Of a stretch of DNA of 64,000 nt, positions 55,660 through 61,843 are shown piece by piece. Position 1 is the stretch's first letter; each line of letters opens with the position of its first letter. Location: the sequence record PP418985.1; one strand, given 5' to 3'. Both the position numbers and the translations under genes were made by a program. The notes beneath the pieces were generated by a model. It was given only the letters and a program-made list of their open reading frames with translations. It did not search any database and had not been told where the DNA came from. This stretch comes from Escherichia phage UPWr_E1.

Positions 55660-55827
55660 ATGTTCCAGACTAAAGCAGAATGCGAAGCATACATTGTAGC
55701 AAACCACGGTGAAGACTACCTGAAATTCGATATCGTAGTAGCACAGAAGATCACCGGAATGGTTGCAAAATATCTGGGTGTTAAAGAAGGTTACTATCCA
55801 AGCAACGCACCGGAAATTAACAAATAA
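55660..55827 (+). CDS. Hypothetical small early protein
   Basis: Start moved to ATG after promoter 55597-55625. Confidence 0.4.
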   Translation: MFQTKAECEAYIVANHGEDYLKFDIVVAQKITGMVAKYLGVKEGYYPSNAPEINK

Positions 55828-55830
55828 TAG

Positions 55831-55859
55831 TTGACAATGATTAAAGGGAGTAGTAAGAT
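55831..55859 (+). promoter_or_regulatory. Sigma70-type early promoter with -10 inside a hairpin
   Basis: TTGACA-17-TAAGAT; GGGAGTA/TACTCCC. Confidence 0.6.
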
Positions 55860-55892
55860 ACTCCCATCAAGACAACAAACGGAGAATCAAAA

Positions 55893-56072
55893 ATGAAAGC
55901 TATCGAAGTTCAGAAGTACATGGAAATCATCGTTGAAGGTAAAGCACATACAGTATTGACTACTCACGTAGGATATGATAAAAATGTGCATATGCTGGTA
56001 GACAATATCGGTTGGATGAAGTTTAATCCTAACGAGAATGTACAAGCTCAAGAAATGACCATCCCTTTCTAA
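55893..56072 (+). CDS. Hypothetical small early protein
   Basis: 59-aa ORF read by hand, downstream of promoter 55831-55859 and SD GGAGAATCAAA. Confidence 0.4.
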   Translation: MKAIEVQKYMEIIVEGKAHTVLTTHVGYDKNVHMLVDNIGWMKFNPNENVQAQEMTIPF

Positions 56073-56084
56073 GAGGAATATATT

Positions 56085-56363
56085 ATGATGCGAATTACTG
56101 CAACACTGGATAAGACACACAAAGAAAGATTTTTCGGTATGATCTTAAAAACGCCGATTTTCGATAATTACCTTTATGTTGACTATGAAGGTCACATTAG
56201 CTATAAATGTAAAAATGATATTCGTGATTCCTTTGGTGATAAATCACAAGCTGATATTCATGACCACTGGTGGACCTTCGACGAACCTTTACGGATTATC
56301 GCAGTTGATGTAAAAACAATAAAAGAAGCTGATAAGGTAGTTAACAATTATGAGCAAATTTAA
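56085..56363 (+). CDS. Small protein, HxHW-family paralog
   Basis: YLYVDYEGHISY...DIHDHWWTFDEPLRIIAVDV. Confidence 0.5.
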   Translation: MMRITATLDKTHKERFFGMILKTPIFDNYLYVDYEGHISYKCKNDIRDSFGDKSQADIHDHWWTFDEPLRIIAVDVKTIKEADKVVNNYEQI

Positions 56364-56559
56364 AGATTATAAAGCATATCAACAGATCCTGCGAGTATAC
56401 GAACCAGAGTTCGCCGAAAAGATGATGGAAGATGCATCAAAATGCCCGTCCTTTTCTGGAAACAAAAACCATTATTCGACTGGTATTGTGTCATGGAAAG
56501 AAACCGCATATACTCAACAATGGATAGATGTGTTTTCAAAAACTCTTGAGTGGTGTTAA
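56350..56559 (+). CDS. Small protein, MSKFKDY tandem paralog A
   Basis: MSKFKDYKAYQQI...MMEDA...GIVSWKETAY. Confidence 0.45.
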   Translation: MSKFKDYKAYQQILRVYEPEFAEKMMEDASKCPSFSGNKNHYSTGIVSWKETAYTQQWIDVFSKTLEWC

Positions 56560-56561
56560 TT

Positions 56562-56777
56562 ATGAGCAAATTTAAAGATTATCGAGCATATAAAGCGATC
56601 TGCGATATATTCGATGAAAAGACCGCTCATGCAATGATGGAAGATGCAGAACAATATGAATCATTCGTCAATTCCAAAGATTGCACAGTAAACGGGATTG
56701 TGTGCTGGAAAGATACAAAGTATGAAGAAAAATGGATTACCGTGTATTACGGAGAACTAGAATATGAAATTAACTAA
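56562..56777 (+). CDS. Small protein, MSKFKDY tandem paralog B
   Basis: Start moved to MSKFKDYRAYKAI; MMEDA...GIVCWKDTKY. Confidence 0.45.
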   Translation: MSKFKDYRAYKAICDIFDEKTAHAMMEDAEQYESFVNSKDCTVNGIVCWKDTKYEEKWITVYYGELEYEIN

Positions 56778-57066
56778 AAAGATTTTCCCAGAATTGCGTA
56801 ACTGTCTGTTATTGGTTACTGAATATAAGCCGTATACGATCTACTTGTATGTTGATGAAAATCTGAAAATCCGTTACTATGATTATACGTCTCCAGTGAT
56901 GAAATCATTTGCTCACTCGATAGCAAATAACTGTATGAATCATAATCATTGGGTATCAGAAACGGATGACGATGCGTCAGAAGTTGTAGTGGTTGCATGG
57001 AATCTATCACCAGCGGAAGCAGATCAAGCACGCATTAAGCATTATGCGAAAAAACAATTGGTTTGA
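56764..57066 (+). CDS. Small protein, HxHW-family paralog
   Basis: IYLYVDENLKIRYYDY...MNHNHWVSETDD...VVVVAW. Confidence 0.5.
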   Translation: MKLTKKIFPELRNCLLLVTEYKPYTIYLYVDENLKIRYYDYTSPVMKSFAHSIANNCMNHNHWVSETDDDASEVVVVAWNLSPAEADQARIKHYAKKQLV

Positions 57067-57089
57067 CCTTATAAGTGAGGACTAATATT

Positions 57090-57368
57090 ATGTTCAAAGT
57101 AGGTGATAAGTTTATTCTTAGTCGTGATATTCTCCCTAATCTGAAAGGTTGTATCATCAATCCTAGTAAAAATTCATGGTTTTATCTGTTTATCGACGAT
57201 TCTCTAAATGTACGCGCCGAATATAAAGAAGGTCTTCGTACTGGCCTCGGTTTCTTTCACGATCACGATCATAGCCATTGGCTAAACGGTGGATTCGAAG
57301 CAACGGTGCTAGCGGTTGATGTGACCTACACAAACATCATAGAAAAATACCAAAAAATTATTTTATAA
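57090..57368 (+). CDS. Small protein, HxHW-family paralog
   Basis: Start moved to MFKVGDK; FYLFIDDSLNVRAEY...HDHDHSHWLNGGFEATVLAVDV. Confidence 0.5.
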   Translation: MFKVGDKFILSRDILPNLKGCIINPSKNSWFYLFIDDSLNVRAEYKEGLRTGLGFFHDHDHSHWLNGGFEATVLAVDVTYTNIIEKYQKIIL

Positions 57369-57374
57369 AAAGTG

Positions 57375-57403
57375 TTGACATAAGATCGGGTGTATAGCAT
57401 AAT
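57375..57403 (+). promoter_or_regulatory. Sigma70-type early promoter with -10 inside a hairpin
   Basis: TTGACA-17-CATAAT; GGGTGTAT/ATACACCC. Confidence 0.6.
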
Positions 57404-57449
57404 ACACCCATCGAAACGAGATACACTTTCTAACTAGGAGAATCAAATT

Positions 57450-57737
57450 ATGGCATACATCACTATCACGCTGAAAGTTAACAAATTTGCTCACGCTGCA
57501 CACGAAACCGATAATGCAATCCGTAACAACAAGTTTGCACGTCTGGTACGCGATGCAGTAGCTAAAGAGTTCAACTTCAAATTTGCAGATGGTAAAGTTA
57601 TCACTAAATGGACTCATGGCGGCGAAACTAAAGTAGAACTTGCTGATAACTTCGCAAATCAGGAATATGCACACCGTCGCATTAATGAAATTATCAGCGA
57701 CGAACTCTACTACGGTGTACAGGAAGGACTGTTTTAA
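57450..57737 (+). CDS. Hypothetical small early protein
   Basis: Promoter 57375-57403 upstream; terminator downstream. Confidence 0.45.
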   Translation: MAYITITLKVNKFAHAAHETDNAIRNNKFARLVRDAVAKEFNFKFADGKVITKWTHGGETKVELADNFANQEYAHRRINEIISDELYYGVQEGLF

Positions 57738-57743
57738 TATATG

Positions 57744-57763
57744 GGGGCGTTAACGCCCCTTTT
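57744..57763 (+). terminator. Rho-independent terminator
   Basis: GGGGCGTT-AACGCCCC followed by TTTT. Confidence 0.7.
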
Positions 57764-57787
57764 CATCCAACTATTGAGGATAATACT

Positions 57788-58093
57788 ATGAAAGATAATA
57801 TCTTTGAATTTACCCGCGAAAATCTCCCAATGTTCCGAAAGTCTCTGCTTAAACTAGATAACAGTAATTATGATGTATATTTTTACATCACAGAAGACCT
57901 AGAGATCCTTTACGCTGATTACCCTGGTCCGATCCGTACTTTCGAAAAAGCATCAAAGTATAAAAATGTGCACGGTCACACGCACTGGCTACGAGAAAAT
58001 TCAGTCAAGAAAGCGCGCGTTAAAGTGATTGCAATTGACGTAACGCCGGAACATGCTGACCGGATTGCACAGAATGATTATTTGTCTAAATGA
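57788..58093 (+). CDS. Small protein, HxHW-family paralog
   Basis: VYFYITEDLEILYADY...HGHTHWLRENS...VKVIAIDV. Confidence 0.5.
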   Translation: MKDNIFEFTRENLPMFRKSLLKLDNSNYDVYFYITEDLEILYADYPGPIRTFEKASKYKNVHGHTHWLRENSVKKARVKVIAIDVTPEHADRIAQNDYLSK

Positions 58094-58117
58094 TTTTATT
58101 AGCCGACCTTAGTGTCG
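58091..58117 (+). terminator. Rho-independent terminator (PeSL-type cassette)
   Basis: AGCCGAC-CTTAGT-GTCGGCT followed by TTTTTATT; promoter follows. Confidence 0.75.
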
Positions 58118-58151
58118 GCTTTTTATTGCCAAAAATTTTTTAAAAAAGGCA

Positions 58152-58180
58152 TTGACACCAGATCCTGTATATAGCATAAT
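58152..58180 (+). promoter_or_regulatory. Sigma70-type early promoter
   Basis: TTGACA-17-CATAAT directly after terminator 58091-58117. Confidence 0.6.
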
Positions 58181-58207
58181 ACACCCATCGAAACGAGATT
58201 GAGGGAA

Positions 58208-58393
58208 ATGAAGATGAAGATTTTATACAAGCATGGATGGTATAAAGTAAAAGCTATCGCCGATGGAGTCAAATATGAAGTGATTGTATTTGACGGATTC
58301 AACACTTATTGCGAAGATGTTAAATTGCCTTCAATGGGATGTGCTTATGATTATTGCAAACAAAGAATTGATAATAAAGCCAACTGCTTCTGA
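58208..58393 (+). CDS. Hypothetical small early protein
   Basis: ATG (MKMKILYK) after promoter 58152-58180; the track start is an upstream TTG. Confidence 0.4.
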   Translation: MKMKILYKHGWYKVKAIADGVKYEVIVFDGFNTYCEDVKLPSMGCAYDYCKQRIDNKANCF

Positions 58394-58606
58394 CCCGCTA
58401 AATGACGTAGAACCGCCAACTTGCAAAGCGGACTGTCCTTATAGACAAGAATTTAGGGGGGTATGATTTGCAAAGAAATGCTCTAAGAACCGAAACGGTT
58501 AGCATGGTCAGCAAATATCGATGCGGTTGGAATATTAAGCCTGGTAGGATTGGCGGTCATCCTCTAGATTATGAGGCTTGCATATATAGCAAGAATTTTA
58601 AAATGT

Positions 58607-58632
58607 GCCGACCTTAGTGTCGGCTTTTTTAT
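58607..58632 (+). terminator. Rho-independent terminator (PeSL-type cassette)
   Basis: GCCGAC-CTTAGT-GTCGGC followed by TTTTTTATTT; same hairpin as 58091. Confidence 0.75.
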
Positions 58633-58654
58633 TTCCAAAAAATTAAAAAAGTTG

Positions 58655-58683
58655 TTGACACCTGATCACGCCTATAGCATAAT
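58655..58683 (+). promoter_or_regulatory. Sigma70-type early promoter
   Basis: AAAAAGTTGTTGACA-17-CATAAT directly after terminator 58607-58632. Confidence 0.6.
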
Positions 58684-58723
58684 ACACACATCGAAACGAG
58701 ATACCACTTAGGAGAATCAAACA

Positions 58724-58993
58724 ATGGCACTGACTAAAACCACTACCAGCTTTGCAAAACGTCACGGTTTCGACCTTGAAATCAATAGCTTTGAAGATTA
58801 CACCCTTCTGTGTGTATATGAAATCGAAAATGATTGCGAGTGGATGTTCAGCTATCGCGTAAACGAAGACGGATCTTTCACTTGGAACGGAAATATCTAT
58901 CTTGCACAGGAAGTAAAAGAAGAACTTCCGGCGACTATCAAAGATGAGAAACATTTACGTCAAGTTTTAAAATTTATTTCTGAAAATATCTAA
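58724..58993 (+). CDS. Hypothetical small early protein
   Basis: Promoter 58655-58683 upstream. Confidence 0.45.
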   Translation: MALTKTTTSFAKRHGFDLEINSFEDYTLLCVYEIENDCEWMFSYRVNEDGSFTWNGNIYLAQEVKEELPATIKDEKHLRQVLKFISENI

Positions 58994-59002
58994 AAAAAGT
59001 TG

Positions 59003-59031
59003 TTGACACCAAAGTAAGAACATAGCATAAT
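59003..59031 (+). promoter_or_regulatory. Sigma70-type early promoter
   Basis: AAAAAAGTTGTTGACA-17-CATAAT. Confidence 0.6.
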
Positions 59032-59064
59032 ACACCCATACCGAAACGAACGGGAGAATCAAAA

Positions 59065-59346
59065 ATGAAATTCATCAAAGCAACCGAAATCCTGAAAAAC
59101 AAAGAAGCATACATCGGAAACATCGTTGGTATGAACATTCGCGGCGCGGGTAGCCAGTGGACCAAACTGGTTGATGTTAAAGCTAAAGGCGATAAAATCG
59201 AGTTCACTGTAAAAATGCTTACTCATAACGCACATATGGGTATCAAGACAAAAACTATGGCAGCAGATAAAAGCATCAACTATCAAGACCTGGGCGATTG
59301 GCTGAACTGGTGCAAAATGTACAACATCGAAACTAATCACGAATAA
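59065..59346 (+). CDS. Hypothetical small early protein
   Basis: Promoter 59003-59031 upstream. Confidence 0.45.
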   Translation: MKFIKATEILKNKEAYIGNIVGMNIRGAGSQWTKLVDVKAKGDKIEFTVKMLTHNAHMGIKTKTMAADKSINYQDLGDWLNWCKMYNIETNHE

Positions 59347-59360
59347 TTTTAAAAAAGTTG

Positions 59361-59390
59361 TTGACGGGGGATCGGGAGATCCCCTATAAT
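59361..59390 (+). promoter_or_regulatory. Sigma70-type early promoter with palindromic double-GATC spacer
   Basis: TTGACG then GGGGATCGGGAGATCCCC then TATAAT; drives the operon ending in the MTase-like/Zn-ribbon/DUF262 genes. Confidence 0.6.
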
Positions 59391-59430
59391 ACACACATCA
59401 AGACGAGATACTACTTAGGAGAATCAAACA

Positions 59431-59682
59431 ATGGCTAACATCGAAACCGCAAAGAAAATCGCTAAAGACCTGAACGTTAAAGGCTTCCGTAAACTGAAAT
59501 TACAGCGTGTACGCTACACCATCGGCAAACAGTGCTCTTTCATGAGCGAAGAAGTTGCTAACAGCCTCATCGATAATCTGATTGCGGCTGGCTGGGAAGT
59601 TGCGGATCTGAAAACTTGCCGCGAACTGGCTAACAAAGGTCTTTTAGATTCTGTTACTATCAAACCAATGGGGGCAGCGTGA
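59431..59682 (+). CDS. Hypothetical small early protein
   Basis: Promoter 59361-59390 upstream; first gene of a four-gene early operon. Confidence 0.45.
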   Translation: MANIETAKKIAKDLNVKGFRKLKLQRVRYTIGKQCSFMSEEVANSLIDNLIAAGWEVADLKTCRELANKGLLDSVTIKPMGAA

Positions 59683-60395
59683 AACAAAAATTAATATTCT
59701 GCAACTTTGACGGATCGGGGATAATGGGGCTAGAATGGGCTAAAGCAGGTCATAAGGTGATCTGCTTTAATGCTGACGATGGCGACCACGGTACATACAA
59801 AAAATATAATACCCGATTTGAACATCCAAACATTACCTATGTAAACACATGGATTGATTTGAACTGGCTGGAAAGAGCAATGGACCTTGAATGGGGGAAA
59901 CCGGATATTATATTTGCATTCCCACCGTGCACCAATTTAGCTGTTAGTGGCGCTGCACACTTTGAACGAAAGAAACGAGAGCAAGGACCATTAATTCAAG
60001 TTCATGATGTAAGGGCAGCTAAAATAACCGCTTATTTGGGCGAATGGTTAGGAGTTCCCTACATGATAGAGAATCCTGTAAGCGTTATCTCTAGCATGTG
60101 GCGTAAGCCTGATTATATGTTCCATCCGTGGGAATATGGCGGTTATTTGCCGGAAGATGATAAACATCCTACGTTTCCTGAGTATATTGCCGCCCGTGAT
60201 ATGTACCCGAAAAAGACTTGCTTATGGACCGGACAAGGCTTTATAATGCCAGAAAAGAAACCGTTGCAGATTAATAAAGGGTACAGTAAACAGCATTCTA
60301 AGCTAGGCGGGAAAGGAACCAGAACAAAGACTATCAGGTCACTTACACCGCGAGGATTCGCAAAGGCAGTATTTGAAGCCAATAAGGATCTATGA
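59679..60395 (+). CDS. C5-cytosine-methyltransferase-like protein (short; function uncertain)
   Basis: 238 aa; motif I-like FCNFDGSGIMG, motif IV-like Pro-Cys FAFPPCTN, motif VI-like MIENPVS; no obvious target-recognition domain. Confidence 0.4.
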   Translation: MKQKLIFCNFDGSGIMGLEWAKAGHKVICFNADDGDHGTYKKYNTRFEHPNITYVNTWIDLNWLERAMDLEWGKPDIIFAFPPCTNLAVSGAAHFERKKREQGPLIQVHDVRAAKITAYLGEWLGVPYMIENPVSVISSMWRKPDYMFHPWEYGGYLPEDDKHPTFPEYIAARDMYPKKTCLWTGQGFIMPEKKPLQINKGYSKQHSKLGGKGTRTKTIRSLTPRGFAKAVFEANKDL

Positions 60396-60724
60396 TGAGA
60401 TTGTTTAAGTATTCGCTAACGTCAAATTACGATAAACAAGGTCATTGCATCCGTTGCCCTGATTGCCATAGCCATAACATCGAAAGCAGGATCACCGATC
60501 ATATTGATGGACTTTGGTCGCCAGCAAGCGAGATAGAATACTATTGCGCTGATTGCGGAATTGTAGTAGCATATTGGGCATACGGATCATATGATCCCTA
60601 CTTCCAGATGGGAGAGCGTTCAATCCCTGCGCTTATCTGGAGAATTAAGAACAATATCCGCCATTCATGGGATGAGTTCTTAAAAGATATTGATTTACGT
60701 GATGATCCATTCAGGAGACTATAA
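60392..60724 (+). CDS. Zinc-ribbon protein
   Basis: 110 aa; CIRCPDC...CADCG; overlaps both neighbours. Confidence 0.45.
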   Translation: MMRLFKYSLTSNYDKQGHCIRCPDCHSHNIESRITDHIDGLWSPASEIEYYCADCGIVVAYWAYGSYDPYFQMGERSIPALIWRIKNNIRHSWDEFLKDIDLRDDPFRRL

Positions 60725-60725
60725 C

Positions 60726-61244
60726 ATGAACCGTTTAACACCTAAACGCCGTTACTATACCAATACTAAAAACTTTGTCATCTCTGTTTATGAGGCGTGG
60801 TTAGAAGATGGCTATATCAACATGAACCCAGATTATCAGCGTCCTTTAGTATGGGACACCGAAAACAAACGTATGTTTATCGAAAACCTGATTAATGATT
60901 TTCCGGTTGGTGCTATCGCAATGGCTAAGATTGATGATGGCTCTCGCTATGAGATCGAAATCGTGGACGGTAAACAGCGTTTAAACGCAATATTCTCCTT
61001 TATGAAGGATGAGTTTAGCATTGCTGGTAATGATGATTCTATGCTGTATTACAGTGATTTTACGCCAGCAGAAAAGCGACGTTTCCGAAATCTCGGACTA
61101 CCCGCGATCATGATGGAAGAGAGCACAAGAGAAGACCGATTAGAGTATTTCTACAAAACAAACTTTTTCGGTGTTCCTCAATCGGAAGAACATCGCCAGC
61201 ATGTGATTGCCCTATTGCAAGATGAGCAATTAAAAAATAACTAA
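60726..61244 (+). CDS. DUF262 (GmrS-like / ParB-like) domain protein
   Basis: Start moved to MNRLTPK; PDYQRPLVW, FIENLINDFPVGAI, EIVDGKQRLNAIFSF match DUF262 (DGQQR motif as DGKQR). Confidence 0.55.
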   Translation: MNRLTPKRRYYTNTKNFVISVYEAWLEDGYINMNPDYQRPLVWDTENKRMFIENLINDFPVGAIAMAKIDDGSRYEIEIVDGKQRLNAIFSFMKDEFSIAGNDDSMLYYSDFTPAEKRRFRNLGLPAIMMEESTREDRLEYFYKTNFFGVPQSEEHRQHVIALLQDEQLKNN

Positions 61245-61252
61245 AAAAGTTG

Positions 61253-61281
61253 TTGACAGGGGATCATCGATCCCCTATAAT
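61253..61281 (+). promoter_or_regulatory. Sigma70-type early promoter with palindromic double-GATC spacer
   Basis: TTGACA then GGGGATCATCGATCCCC then TATAAT. Confidence 0.65.
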
Positions 61282-61313
61282 ACACACATACCGAAACGAA
61301 AGGAGAATCAAAC

Positions 61314-61493
61314 ATGAAACACTTAACCATCGAATCGGCAATCATCGCAATCGCTAAAGTTCAAGCGGCTTATAATTGCACTGACATTGAAGCCATTTCA
61401 AAAATGCAAGCAGAAGCCGCAAAAGCAGGTGACGAGAAATCTTTAGATGTTCTCTGCGAAATCAAAGCAGAATTAATTTCAAAAATGTTCTAA
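61314..61493 (+). CDS. Hypothetical small early protein
   Basis: 59-aa ORF read by hand, downstream of promoter 61253-61281. Confidence 0.4.
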   Translation: MKHLTIESAIIAIAKVQAAYNCTDIEAISKMQAEAAKAGDEKSLDVLCEIKAELISKMF

Positions 61494-61499
61494 AAGTTG

Positions 61500-61528
61500 T
61501 TGACATAACAGAGGGTGTATATCATAAT
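61500..61528 (+). promoter_or_regulatory. Sigma70-type early promoter with -10 inside a hairpin
   Basis: TTGACA-17-CATAAT; GGGTGTAT/ATACACCC. Confidence 0.6.
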
Positions 61529-61564
61529 ACACCCATACCGAAACGAACTACTAAGGAGTATCAA

Positions 61565-61777
61565 ATGGCTAACATCGAAATCATCGTTACCGACGTAACT
61601 TATGACCGCATCAATGAAATCGGTACTGCTTTGCTAGAAGATGGAACAACTCGCACCATCAACTACGCAGAATACGTTGAAATGCGCGGTTGGATTAAAC
61701 GAGTAGGAAAATATATCCTGATTGAAAAAGACTATTCAGGATACACCTTAGAGCAATTGCTTGATGGTGCATTATAA
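61565..61777 (+). CDS. Hypothetical small early protein
   Basis: Promoter 61500-61528 upstream; terminator downstream. Confidence 0.45.
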   Translation: MANIEIIVTDVTYDRINEIGTALLEDGTTRTINYAEYVEMRGWIKRVGKYILIEKDYSGYTLEQLLDGAL

Positions 61778-61780
61778 TTT

Positions 61781-61802
61781 AAGGGGCGTAAAGCCCCTTT
61801 TT
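61781..61802 (+). terminator. Rho-independent terminator upstream of alt
   Basis: AAGGGGC-GTAAA-GCCCCTT followed by TTTTCAT. Confidence 0.7.
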
Positions 61803-61843
61803 CATAAATATAGGTTTATAGGTTATCAACTAGAGGATATAAA

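Noticed and set aside
54379-61528. CRISPR-like array suggested by the many near-identical short repeats
   Set aside because: The repeats are promoter and terminator cassettes with spacings of 250-500 bp, each followed by an SD and ORF; this is neither the size nor the regularity of CRISPR repeats and spacers
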